From Azolla caroliniana (lineage: Eukaryota > Plantae > Polypodiophyta): 64,000 bases of DNA. The stretch is taken from contig JBHGNT010000022.1 of assembly GCA_043228905.1 (NCBI GenBank), forward strand, positions 6,572,001 to 6,636,000, in the 5' to 3' direction. Below, piece after piece: positions 24,241 to 37,034 of the stretch (positions within the stretch are counted from its first letter, which is position 1; each line of letters starts with the position of its first letter). Position numbers and translations under genes: made by a program. The notes beneath the pieces were generated by a model. That model saw only the letters and a list, made by a program, of their open reading frames with translations, was not told where the DNA came from and searched no databases.

Positions 24241-25912
24241 TGCACACAACGAGGATTGGTAGTGAATCTAGGGAAAACTAAAGTCCTTATCTTCCACACG
24301 TCGGCCCAAGTTAGAGCTAAGTGTCACCTAACTATCTCCCATAGCCAAGTTGAGGTGGTTGGATCATATGTCTATCTCGGAGTCACTTTCAGTGCCCGCT
24401 CAGGTAAATTTTCGATGACACAAGCAGCGAAGGATAGACTTACAAGAGGACATGCATCCCTCTCACTCCTCGAGAGACAATGCCACCAAGCATACTTCCA
24501 AGAGCCACGAACTAAAGGGTGGCTCTTTGACTCATTAGTGACTCCCTCTCTCATGTATGCATCAGCGGTTTGGGCCCCAGGACTACCATCTTTCATGTGG
24601 ACGCAATTAGAGAGACCATTGGTGATGATGTTATCACGCCAACTCCGAAGCAAATCGTCGGTCCCACATGACATTATTAGGGCTGAGTTCACTCTACCCC
24701 CTATGTTAGTAGAAGCACTTTTTCAACTGGTAGTCTTTATACACAGGATACATAACCAACCACTTGATAGAATATCCCACCAAGCCTTTAAGGCTTCTCG
24801 AGCATTGTATGAGTCCGGCTAGACTAGCTCATGGTATGGCATGATGGTGAGTTGGCTTCTTGCCAACGGTCTAGACATTACTAACCTCCCCCCCCTTAAG
24901 TACGACCACACGAATGATAACACTTTACTCTCTCATGAGAACCGTAATAAAGTAATACGCCAAGAAATATGGCAAATTTATACCCGGTATAAATGGATCA
25001 CCCCACTAGAGCCACTCCCATCTAAAATGTCGTACTATAAGGAACACTTTATGCACTTCTCTGAGTTAGGTTTTATCACGCGCCCAAAATATCTAGATGT
25101 ATTCTTACCACATGCACTAAGGGTTGCCATTGGTCAACTTAGAATATCATCTCACCAACTTGACATTGAGAATGGACGTACTAATGGAGTCCCTAGGGAG
25201 GAAAGGATATGTAGGTTATGCCACATAGAGATAGAGGATGAGTACCATTTTACATGCAAATGCCCCACCTATGCCGAGATAAGGGCAAAATACCAAGACA
25301 TACTTGGTTCCTCTCCCACCCTCCCTAAACTATTAGATACACTAGATATAAAGAAATTAGGTAGATACATCTTAGAATTGAAACACCATAGAGAGAACAA
25401 ATTACAAAACGTTGATAATAATGTTGCTAATGTTTACCAACATATAACAAATGAAGTTTTTCAGGAACAGGGGGAGACAATGAATGTCGACACACCTGCA
25501 CCACTCGGACTTCTCCTTGATGAAGCAGAAAATCAAAGAAGAACCAAACGCCCTCGGATGCCGGGTTTCAAAGCAACTCGACGAGATGTAGAAGCAATAA
25601 AGAAAATAAGGGAACGTGAACTACACTGCCTAGAAGCCATGGCTAGGGCACTCTATGCATCGGGACCATGGGTCACACCCACACCAAAAACTTTTGACCT
25701 CCCACTTCTTTTTGAGAGACTTGGGTGGAAATGAGATTAGGCTTGGTGCAAAGTTTTGTACACTACTAGAACTTTCTTAGCTTAAGCTATTTTCTTTTAT
25801 TTTTAGTTTTGATGATTGGATAAACACTCATTTTTTGTTGTAACCTATTTGTCTCATGGGCCAAATTTGGCCTTAGAAGACGTTAATATATCTTTCTTTC
25901 TTTCTTTCTTTC
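24241..25912 (+). mobile_element. 5'-truncated LINE (RTE/RTEX-like ORF2 C-terminus) with (TCTT)n tail in the G 5' LTR
   Basis: GLVVNLGKTKVLIF and YVYLGVTF (RT thumb region); LRISSHQLDIE...RICRLC...EDEYHFTCKC zinc finger; segment absent from the G 3' LTR. Confidence 0.85.
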
Positions 25913-26178
25913 TCTCTTCCTCTCACATACTCTCACGCGCATATCATACTAATCTTCCGCTGCTTAACGTAACCATATAATTAGTCTCTTATTAACCCTA
26001 GTTAATTACCTAATTACTTAACATGGTATCAGAGCGCGTGGTTTAGGAAATTCACTAAGCCCACCGCTTATTCGTGATTGTGTGTTCGAGACGCCGACGA
26101 CAATTCCCGGCTATTCGCTATCCGCTACCGTAGTGCCACTACGAAGGACGTGTACGCAACCAAGAGAAGAAAAACAAA

Positions 26179-28730
26179 ATGGAAGACACAACAATCAACA
26201 CGAACAAACAAATGGGAAGCTCACTCCCTAGCGAAAAGCTAGACCGAAGAAACTATTCATCTTGGAAGTACAAGATGAATCAATACCTTATCGGCCAAGG
26301 GTATTGGAGCTACATCAACGGCGCACAAGAAAACAAACCCGAAATCACACACACCAACTACCCAACGTGGGAGCAAGGCGCGAGTCGGGTAATGTATTGC
26401 TTGGCAACATGTGTAAACGACCACATGCTTAGCCACATTCGTGACGCCAAGACGCCCAAAGAGGCGTGGGAAAATCTCAAGAAGATTTTCGCCGCGGACA
26501 CATCTGCATGCAAGCTTCAACTTCGGCAAGAGTTGAACAACATACGACAGAAAGAAATGTCCGTGACGGACTACACTGCCAAGATCAAGAGCATTTGCGA
26601 CTCGCTTGGCTCCATCAACGTCAACATCGACGAGGTCGAGATGGTGCAAGTATGCTTGGGCGGCCTCGCACAATGATTCAACCCATTGAGAACGGCAATC
26701 TTGGCGAGAGATACCCCTCCCTCGTTCTTCAACCTCCAATCAATGCTATTGGTCGAAGGAAACCACGTTCAACCAAAGACCAACACATCGGAAGGACAAA
26801 TGCTCTTCTCTGATACAGATGGTGCCCATAGACGAGGTCGACGCGGAAGAGGTCAATTCGACCTATCCCACGAAGGGAATTCACAATTTCGGCAAGGAAA
26901 CGGAAGCCTTCGAGGAACCTTCACAAGAAGGGGGAGTTTCCACGCCGAACAAGGTCGGCGAATGACGCCACCTACATGCATCTATTGCGGCAAAATCGGC
27001 CATCGCGAAGAGGAGTGCCGAAAAAGACGAAGCGAGTCGGCCTCGACAAGCCGGCAACTCATAAATTATGCCGCGAACGCGGAATACATGGACTACGGCG
27101 GACTCTTCGTGATGAGGCATAGAGCGAACTCTATGATGGCCTCCGATCCCGCAAACTCCGCAAGCACCTCCAACTCCGAACACGCGTGGTTCGTAGACTC
27201 CGGCGCCTCGCACCACATGACGTCACACCAAGAGTGGTTTCACGACTTGCGAATGCCAGATCGACCCGGCTACATAGAGACCGGAGACGACACTCCGCAT
27301 CCCATTCGGCACATTGGCGATGTCCCATTCGGGAAAGAAGGCGAGCAAACTTGCATCAAGAATGTCTTGCACGTGCCCACAATAACAAAGAATTTGGTCT
27401 CGGTCGGCCAAATCGTGGAGCAAGGCATGCAAGTCCGCTTCAACAATGAAGGTTGCTTCATCGAGAAAGACGGCCGACTCATAGCCAAGGGACGGAGAGA
27501 CGGTCACTTGTTCATCCTCGACTCAAACGAGGTAAAATCGGGCATGTACGCCAAAGGTCTCAAGACCGAGACAAACATCGAGTTGTGGCACAAGCGAATC
27601 GGCCACGTAAACCTTCAACGGCTTCGCGGAATGCAATCAAAGGGAGTTGTAATCGGACTTCCGGCCTTCGAATTGAAACGAGTCGACCAAGTGTGCGAAG
27701 CATGCCAACGTACTACGTCACCTTCATCGACGACCACTCGCGCTACGCGTGGATATACCTGATGAAGAAGAAGAGCGAAGTGCTCTCCCACTTTCAAAGG
27801 CTCAAAAGCCAAGTGGAGAAAGAAACCGGTCGGCACATTCGATGCCTACGATCGAACGGAGGAAAGGAGTACTTCTCCGACGAGTTCACCTCCTACCTCC
27901 AAGGTGAAGGCATTCGTAGAGAATTCTCATGCCGACACACTCCCCAACAAAATGGGGTAGCCGAGAGAAAGAATCGGCAAATACTCAAGGTAGCACGCGC
28001 CATGATGCGTGAGAAGCACATGCCGAACTTCTATTGGGCGGAAGCGGCATCCACGGCCGTCTATCTCATGAATCAATGCACCACAAATAGCGTGCACGAG
28101 CTTACTCCATACGAGATCTTTGTTGGAAGAAAGCCCATCCTCTCGCACCTCAAGGTGTTCGGAAGCATTGCGAATTTATGCATCCCGAACGAATGTTGAG
28201 AGAAGCCCGACGCGAAGTCGGAAGAATGTATCCTCATAGGATACTTGTCCGCGAAAAAGGCATACAAGTGCTTCAACCCTTCGACCCGAGCGGTGCGGAT
28301 AAGTCGCGATGTCGTTTTCGACGAATCGGCATCTTGGTATAAGCCCGATGCGACTCCATCCGACCCGATCGAGGAAGAGTTGAACGCCAACTCGGACGAC
28401 GAAACTCGGCCAACTCCTCCACCGAAGGACAATCCAAGCTCTACCGAGCTAATTGGCCCACAAGAGCCTCCACGCAATGAAAACACGTTGCAGCCAAGTC
28501 CGACATCGGACAAAGGCAAAGGTAAGATGCCCGAATACGAAGTCGAGGTCCACCCCGACGACCGTGATTCGGATGATTCGGCTCGCTCACTCGACAGTGA
28601 CTTCGGTGTACCCATCATGAGGACACCCAGAGTAAAGAAGGCACTCACATCGACAAACGGGAAACTTCACCGCTCATCACGAGCGAAGACCCAAGTCACT
28701 CATTACGCATACAACGAGTATATGGCCCAT
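26179..28730 (+). pseudogene. gag-protease-integrase of G
   Basis: CIYCGKIGHREEEC, WFVDSGASHHMT, LWHKRIGH, TPQQNGVAERKNR; sequence jumps after YNEYMAHH straight to the 3' region. Confidence 0.88.
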
Positions 28731-28979
28731 CACTGGTCGAACAAGAGCCCGAGGATCCAAGCCTTCATCACAGGCTTGAGGGGGAGAATAAGCCGTGAAG
28801 ACGCGAAGAAAGCAAATAAGCTGCAGAGAGCCGTGCAACGAGGCCGCGAAGACGCGTAGAGCCGCGCAATGAAGCCACGAAGACGCGAAGAAAGCCGCGC
28901 AACGCTGCGCACCGATGCCGACGAAGCCGAAGGAAGCTAAATCGGACGTTGGACGCCTCACACTTGAGTTGAGGGGGCA

Positions 28980-29418
28980 TGTTGAGATATCAAGCTCAAC
29001 TATTTTAATCTAGTTAGTCAACACATGTAACTTAGTAGTTACCTAGATCGAATCTAGTTAATGTGTTGACCTTAAGCCTTTAAATAGGACCTTGTACTTA
29101 AGTGGGATATTCTAGATCCTCCACTCCTTAGTACATTTAATGTAGGACTTACACATAAGTACCTATGTTCTACCCACACATGTGCACCTTTGCACATGGG
29201 TTGTATATATACCTCATTGTGGGTATTTTTGAATGTTGATGACACTTTTCAATATAGTCAATCATCCCCCATTTATCTTTGTGTTCAAGTGTAACTTCCT
29301 CTCTCTCTCTCTTCCTCTCACACACTCTCACGCTCATATCATACTAATCTTCCGCTGCTTAACGTAACCATATAATTAGTCTCTAATTAACCCTAGTTAA
29401 TTACCTACTTACTTAACA
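28980..29418 (+). repeat. 3' LTR of G (439 bp)
   Basis: TGTTGAGAT...CTTAACA; matches 23928-24240 plus ~25913-26023. Confidence 0.92.
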
Positions 29419-29801
29419 CCACCCATTCGTTGAACTCTCGCCGATCTCGTCCCTTCGATCTCTCATAGTCATATGCCTCTCGTAAAGCTTCTTCAAAGGA
29501 CCCCCATGTAGGGTTTTGTTGCTATATCTTATGGATTCTCTCTTGTAGCTCATCCGTGGCCACCCGACTGAAGGATATCACTTGCAATCCTTTCGGTATC
29601 CCACATCGCATCATCGCCGCCTTGTAGTCACATAGATAACGTGACACATCCTTTCCGTTGAATTGCCCGTTTCTTTGCACAAGCCGCTCTACTTCCGATT
29701 TGATCTCCGACATCAAGCGTTGTTCTTGTTGCATCCGGTCAATCATCATCATCATTATGCTCATTGCCTCTTGTTGATTCTCCATCTCCTTGCCACCCGT
29801 C

Positions 29802-29819
29802 TTCACGTCGGGTTCACCA
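29802..29819 (-). promoter_or_regulatory. PBS of E, tRNA-Trp
   Basis: Same 18-mer as the C PBS. Confidence 0.85.
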
Positions 29820-30429
29820 ACTGTGTCATGCCTTTCGGCGCTAGATTGTTGCGTGAGTCGGGTGGGAACCGTTGGGGTTTTCGACTAGGAAGAGGAAGAA
29901 TTTGAGACAAGTTTATAGTTATGGATAGATTATTAGAAAGAGAGATAGAAATCTCGTGAATCCCACAAGTGTATTGTATTCGATTAAGCAATATTTAGAT
30001 AATAATATGAATTAAGATTGAAAGAAAGAGATTAAAAAACACTTGTGAATCCCACAAGTATAGATTATTTCGTGAATCCCACGCATATATTAATTGGTGT
30101 CTTTTAGAAATATATCCAATTTCCAAATATTTCACACCTATTACATTGTGCTCCTCATCCTTATATAGTGATGAGAAAGTCTTAACAATCCATGTTTTTT
30201 CTATAGATAGACTCTATGCTTTTTCTAAAGTGTTCATGCACACTAAATGTGCATGAGTTGCTTTTTACACTATGCTTTTATTTCCTAAATATAGTGCTCA
30301 TGCTCGCTAGATGTGCACGAGTAATATTTTATTGGTTTACATTTTTCTTATAAATAAAGTATTCACGCACTCTAAAAATGCATGACTTACTTTTTTAATA
30401 AAGGTAGTGTTGAGAGACAAGCTCAACAT

Positions 30430-31745
30430 TGTTGGCCGGTCAGAGAAGGCAAATGGGAAAGCAAGGTCGGATCGGATAAATATAGAAATAGGAATAGAAT
30501 TATTAAGAGGGACGGATCCGGTAGTTGTAACCGATCCGGATCCGAACCGATTCGGTTTCGGTTAACGGTTGCCTACCGAGCACCGATTGTAATCTGGCCG
30601 GATGCCTATAAAAGGATCCGATGTTTTGTAATGGAAGCGCGAAGAATTAATATAGTTTTTGCTTATGCTGATTAATCTTGTCTTCGTCTGTGCTTAAGTG
30701 TAATTATCATACGCGTGTATTAACATCCTATCCCTACCACCCCTTTGGAGAAGTGTCGGATAGACACCTGTGTTGCGGCTAGTCCAGCCATACATACAAC
30801 ACTATTTTGGCGACCACGATTCCTGCAGAGTGCAGAGGACAACCGGGGGATGGATGTCTAGACAAAATAATGACCACATCACCGAAAGAGGGAGACGCCA
30901 CGCCGAACGGCAGCGACGACGGGAAGCCTTGCAGCAAGCCGTCGACGAGATCCGGAGCGATCGGCTGAAGAGAACCCAACCGACAACGCACCCCGACAAG
31001 AATTACCCGAGGAAGAACTTCCGGAGCAAGAACAGGTTGATGCCGGGGATGATGCAGAGTGGAGACAGAGAAGTACCGAATCCAGGGAGGAAAGGACACA
31101 ACCAGTGGAAACCGGAGAGAGCGATACCGGGAACGGAACGGAGGTGGAGCAGGACAGACCCGGACAAGATACAGAAGAAACACCGGTACTACCGGTAGAA
31201 GCAGAGTCGGAGCAGCAAGATGCGGAAAGGCAGCCAATCCAATCGGACGTCGGAGACGGCACAGGCAAAACAACACTTGAAACCTCGGAGCGGAGTTTGC
31301 CTGATAATTTGGAGGAAGACTGAAGCCGGCTGTGGGTTCGAAGTGCAATGCACTTTCCCACGGGCGTGCCATGTGTTGGCCGGTCAGAGAAGGCAAATGG
31401 GAAAGCAAGGTCGGATCGGATAAATATAGAAATAGGAATAGAATTATTAGGAGGGACGGATCCGGTAGTTGTAACCGATCCGGATCCGAACCGATTCGGT
31501 TTCGGTTAACGGTTGCCTACCGAGCACCGATTGTAATCTGGCCGGATGCCTATAAAAGGATCCGATGTTTTGTAATGGAAGCGCGAAGAATTAATATAGT
31601 TTTTGCTTATGCTGATTAATCTTGTCTTCGTCTGTGCTTAAGTGTAATTATCATACGCGTGTATTAACATCCTATCCCTACCACCCCTTTGGAGAAGTGT
31701 CGGATAGACACCTGTGTTGCGGCTAGTCCAGCCATACATACAACA
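30430..31745 (+). mobile_element. Element I: 1316-bp TRIM-like mini-element of the A/B/D/F group, inserted in the J 5' LTR
   Basis: Perfect TSD AACAT; 372-bp LTRs 30430-30801 and 31374-31745, nearly identical; PBS TGGCGACCAC 30808-30817; internal part is gag start joined to the extra-ORF tail. Confidence 0.93.
31331..31373 (+). other. tRNA-Arg 3'-end-like motif in the PPT position of I
   Basis: TGTGGGTTCGA-agtgcaatgcact-TTCCCAC-GGGCGTG-CCA-TG, then LTR. Confidence 0.82.
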
Positions 31746-32195
31746 AACATCGGCCGGTTCGGCTGAAGAAGCCGAGGACCGGATCGGTTGGGACCGATCG
31801 GTTAGGCCGAGTGCGTAAACCGGGAGGTCGTTAGGAAAGATATTCCGTGAGGAATATATTTGGGAGTTAGTGTAGGAGCTCTTGATGAGCATTGAAGTAC
31901 TGTCAGTACTTCGGTCAGTCCTTCTAGGGCTTGTATAAAAGTGTTCACTGAGCACGTCTTATGTACAGACTGAGTATTATTGTTGAATATAGTTTTTTGT
32001 GTCTTCTCTCTCACTCTCTCTGTCTCTCCCACGTATACCGTGTAAGCTCAGGCTCTCCATTAAACCTGAGTTTCCTTCCTTCTGTTCGGTCTTCATACTT
32101 GCTTCCGCACGTTACTTTCTACATGGTATCACAGCGCGAGGGTTGAGAACCTCTCTGTAGCCGACACAGCTTGACGAAGAAGAACGAGAAGAACG

Positions 32196-35100
32196 ATGGA
32201 TAGAGGCATGGCGAGCTCGCTTCCAACAGAGAAGCTCGACAGAACCAACTACGCGTCTTGGTCCTACAAGATGCACCAGTACCTGCTCGGGCACGGCTAC
32301 TGGAGTTATGTCGAAGGAGCTAATGACGCGGCACCCGAATCGACACACAGAGACTTCCCGTCGTGGGAGCAATCGGCGAGCAGGGTATTATACTGCTTCG
32401 CGTCGTGTGTGGACGAACAACTATTGAGCTATGTTCGGGATGCAAAGACGTCGAAAGGTGCGTGGGAAAATCTGAAGAAGATTTTCGCCACGAGCACCAC
32501 AACCAGGAAGCTTCAGCTTCAACAGGAGTTGAGCAACCTACGACAATGCGACTTGTCGGTGGCGGACTATAACTCGAAGATCAAGGATATCTGCGACTCC
32601 CTCGCCTCCATAGAGGTGAACATCGAGGAGATCGAGATGGTCCAGATCTGTATCGGAGGTTTGGCGTCGAAGTTGGGAGCGTTCCGAACGGCTGTGTGTA
32701 CCTGGGAGAATACGCCGTCCTTTTTCGACTTACAGTCGATGCTCCTGGTAGAGGAGAACCACGCGGGTGCATCGACAAGCATGCACACGGACAACAAGAT
32801 GTTGTACACGGAGGGAGAAAGGCCCCGTGGTCGTGGCGGACGAGGCGAGTCGGTATGCAATGGAAGCGGCCGACGAGATCAAGGAAGAAGGCACCGAAGT
32901 GATGCCGATAGCAACTCCGGACCCTCCGGAAACAGGGGGAGTCGAAGCGATGAGAACCGGCAAGGGAAGGCCATCGCAGAGTGCTGGTACTGTGGCAAGA
33001 AAGGCCACAGGGAAAGCGAGTGTTGGAAGAAGCGCGCCGATTTGGAGAGAACCGGTTCCGGAAACGGCTCCGGACATACCCACAAGGGAAATCGGCAGCA
33101 ATCGCACTAAGCCAAAGACTCCGGGAGAGCTGGAGAAGGGTCTGTCTTCGTGACGAGACACGAAGCAAATTCAATGAAGCAGACCACCCCGAGATCGGAC
33201 GAGGTGTGGTACGTAGACTCCGGCGCGTCAAACCACATGACGAGCCATAAGGAGTGGTTCTTGTACCTTGAAAAACCGATACAACCTGGAGTAGTCGCAA
33301 CTGGAGACGACACTCCGCATCCGATCGCGAATGTCGGAGAAGTTCCCCTTAGCCATGTCGGGCAGAAAGGGAAACTCATGAACGTGCTGCACGTTCCGAC
33401 AATCACGAAAAACTTGGTCTCGTTCGGACAGATCGTCGACCAAGGGATGGAGGTTCGGTTTACACACCTAGGGTGCTTCATTGAGGAAGAAGGCCGTGTG
33501 ATTGCGCAAGGGTGCAGACACGGGAGGATGTTCATCCTCGACTCCACTGACGGAGGCACCGCAATGTTCGCGAAGGGACAAAAGACCGAGTCGGACATCG
33601 ACTTGTGGCACAAGCGGATAGGCCACGTCAACTACCAGCGGCTTCAAGATCTGCAATCGAAACAGGTAGTGTTCGGATTGCCCAAATTTAGTGGCCGAAA
33701 GGCACAAATTTGTGAAGCCTGCCAACTCGGAAAGCAACACCGACTTCCTTTCCCCAACGAGCGAAACCGGAGTCGGAACAAGCTCGACCTTATACACTCC
33801 GATGTATGGGGTCCGGCACAAAACGTTAGTCTTGGCGGGAGCTGATATTTTGTTTCCTTCATCGACGACCACACGCGGCACACGTGGATCTACCTCATTG
33901 AGAGGAAGAGCGAAGTTATCGACTGTTTCCAGGACCTCAAAGGGTTCGTGGAATCTGAAATGGGACGAAAGATCAAGTGTCTGCGGTCGGATGGCGGGAA
34001 AGAGTACTTTTTTGGTCAATTCAACGGTTATCTACAACAAATGGGAATTCGCCGCGAATTCCGTTGTAGATACACGCCAGAGCAGAACGGTGTGGCTGAG
34101 AGAAAGAATCGGTCGATTGTGGAAGCGGCACGGGCAATGCTGGAGGAGAAGAGCTTGCCGAAGTTCTACTGGGCCGAGGCGGTAAGGACCGCGGTATACA
34201 TCTAGAACCGGATCGGAGACAAAGTGTCAGCGCACGAGCTATATTTCGGAACGAAGCCGAACTTACGACACTTGAGGGTGTTCGGTAGCATTGTGTATGT
34301 GCATGTACCGAAGGAGAAAAGAAGGAAACTGGACGCAAAGGCCGAGAAATGCATCTTGGTCGGTTACTTGGACGAGCAGAAGGGTTATAAGTGCTATAAC
34401 CCTCGCACCAAACAAGCGCGTGTTACCCGCGACGTTGTGGTTGACGAGTCCGCGTCCTGGTACAAGCCCCCGACTCCGAACCCCGAGTCCAATCCGTGTT
34501 CTGACGATGAGGTCAGCGAGGCCGAGATGCCTCCGGATGAGCCCGAAATCGAGACCCGCGAAGAGAGTCTGATTTCACTCCGCTTAAGTGGACCGATTGG
34601 ACGACTGAGTTGGTACGATCAGTCCGATGAAGAGCCGGCGAGTAGTGGAGACTCGGCCGTGCATTCCCCGCGCAGGAACCCGAGGAGACGGCTTACGCAC
34701 AAAGAGAAAGGGAAGAAGAAGGTGTCGGATTCCGGCACGGATAGGAACGAGTCAGACCGAAGCGAGTCTGACTCTGAGGGAACCGGTGATGGGACTTTAA
34801 AGGTGAAGTCCGCGTCGACCGAGAAGGCCTCGACATCGGCTAATGTGAGATTATGCCGATCTATGCGCCAGAAGAATCCTGTTTTGCGGTTCGGATACAA
34901 CGAGTACATGGTGCATCATTATGCGTACATGACCCGTGTAGCGGAAGTGCGTGAGCCGGAGAGCTACGCAGAAGCGGCTAAAGACGCGAATTGGCGTGCC
35001 GCGATGGAGGAAGAGATGCACGCATTGGCGGAGAACGAGACCTGGGACCTGGTTGAGGCATCGAAGGGGGTAAAACCGATCGGGTGTAGGTAGATGTACA

Positions 35101-37034
35101 AGGTCAAGTACAACACCGATGGCTCGGTCAACCGGTACAAGGCTCGGCTAGTGGCAAAGGGCTATGCGCAAAAACACGGCATCGACTACGATGAGACGTT
35201 TGCGCCGGTCGCGAAAATGACGACCGTTCGTGTGTTGCTCGTAGTAGCCGCGGCCAAGGGGTGGCACCTACATCAGATGGATGTAAAGAATGCGTTCCTA
35301 CAAGGTGACCTTGAGGAACATGTGTACATGGTACAACCCCCCGGATTTCACTCTGGAACGAACTCCTCGGTAGTATGCCGACTAAAGAAGTCCATTTACG
35401 GACTAAAGCAAGCCCCGCGTGCCTGGAACGCGAAGATCACGCAACAACTGCGTCGGATGGGCTTCGTCACGTCAAAATCGGACTCTTCCCTGTTCATCCA
35501 GAAAGGTCGACTCGGACCGGTTAGTATTTTACTATATGTTGATGACTTGGTCATCACCGGCGCCGACCTAGGTGAAATCGACCGCGTGAAGCTCCAGCTT
35601 GCGGCATTGTTCGACATGAAGGATCTCGGGGACCTTCATTACTTCCTCGGGATCGAAGTGATCCGTACCCCCGAAGGCATATTGATCAGCCAACGTCATT
35701 ACGTGCTGAGTATGCTCTTCAAACTCGGGATGGCCGACTGTAAGTCCATCTCGACTCCTCTAGACAGAACCGTCAAGCTTCGTCCTGATACGGGAAAGGT
35801 ATGCAACCCGACGAGGTTTCGACAAATTGTCGGAAGCCCCATATACTTGACCATCACCCGACCCGACCTCAGTTACCCGGTCGGGGTGATCAGTCAGTTC
35901 ATGGCACGACCTACCGAGGAGCACCTTCAGTGTGCGCAACGCATACTTCGGTATGTCAACGGCACTAAGGACCGAGGACTGCTATATCGGACCGGTGCAG
36001 CCGCGAAGTTAGTCGGCTACACCGATGCTGATTGGGCTGGCAACGCCGCCGATCGCCGATCCACGTCTGGATACGCGTTCTCCCTCGGGAGTGCCGCGAT
36101 CGCGTGGAGCAGTAAGAAGCAGTCGACAGTTGCACTGTCGAGCACCGAAGCTGAGTACCGAGGAGCGGCTGTCGCGGCATGCGAAGCCATATGGTTGAAG
36201 CGGCTACTTAAGGACCTGCAGGTGGAGGTGTTAGATCCGACGACGATCTACTGCGACAACCTCAGCAGCATCCAGCTCGCGAACAACCCTGTTTTCCATG
36301 CACGGACCAACAACATTGAGGTGCACTACCATTTCGTCCGTGAGCGTGTCCTTTCCGGTGAAGTCGAACTTCAGTACGTTCCGACGGATCGGCAAACTGC
36401 CGACATCTTCACCAAGCCTCTTGGTCTGGACAAGTTGCGGCAATTCTTAGGTGCGCTCGGGTTGCGTCACCTCGATGTGCCGAACTTGAGGGGGAGAACA
36501 GTCCCGAACGACCAAGCAAGGCAGCAGGAAAGGAGCGGAGACCGTTACACTGAGTCCGAGTCGGTAGACTCGGTTGTCGAGTTCGAGTTCGGATCGGCTG
36601 AAGAAGCCGAGGGCGGACCCACGGAAAGGTCGGAAAGCAGACAGAAGGGGAGCAGCCAAAGGAGAGAGCCGATGCCAACCACGCATGGGGGAGATGACGC
36701 AATCGAGGACGAGAAGACCGAAGACGAGTTGGAGACAGCCAACTCGGACGAGAGCGGAAACCGATCGAAAGTAGCCGAGTCGGTTCAGATGTTTGATTCA
36801 GACACGCTGAATCAACAGAGGCCCAAGCGGAAGAAAAGGCAACAGGAGAGGCGTCAACACCGCAACAACAGAAGAGCTAAGGGCCGCATGAGCAGACAAG
36901 CCGACCGGAAGGGTCGAAGCGCGCGGAGTCGAACAGGTCGAGGAGCGCGAGCGAGCCGTGAAGCCAGGAGGAACCGGAGCTGTGTGCCGGAGGATCCCGA
37001 AGAGCCTCAAGTTGAGCTTGAGGGGGAGTGTTGA
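32196..37034 (+). pseudogene. gag-pol of J (single frame with a few stops) with long C-terminal extension
   Basis: CWYCGKKGHRESEC, WYVDSGASNHMT, integrase core, RT YVDDL, RNase H DADWAG; stops end ORFs at 33110, 33845, 34205, 35093. Confidence 0.92.

Larger units (their letters stand above)
23928..29418 (+). mobile_element. Element G: Ty1/copia deletion derivative (gag-PR-INT, no RT/RNase H), inserted in E gag
   Basis: Perfect TSD CCACC (23923-23927, 29419-29423); LTRs 23928-26023 (with LINE) and 28980-29418; PBS TGGTATCAGAGC 26024-26035; PPT GAGGGGGC. Confidence 0.93.

Noticed and set aside
30425-30442. Similarity between the start of I (TGTTGGCCGGT) and its target (CATTGGCCGGT)
   Set aside because: Single 9-nt match in CCGG-rich DNA with a normal 5-bp TSD; chance is sufficient.
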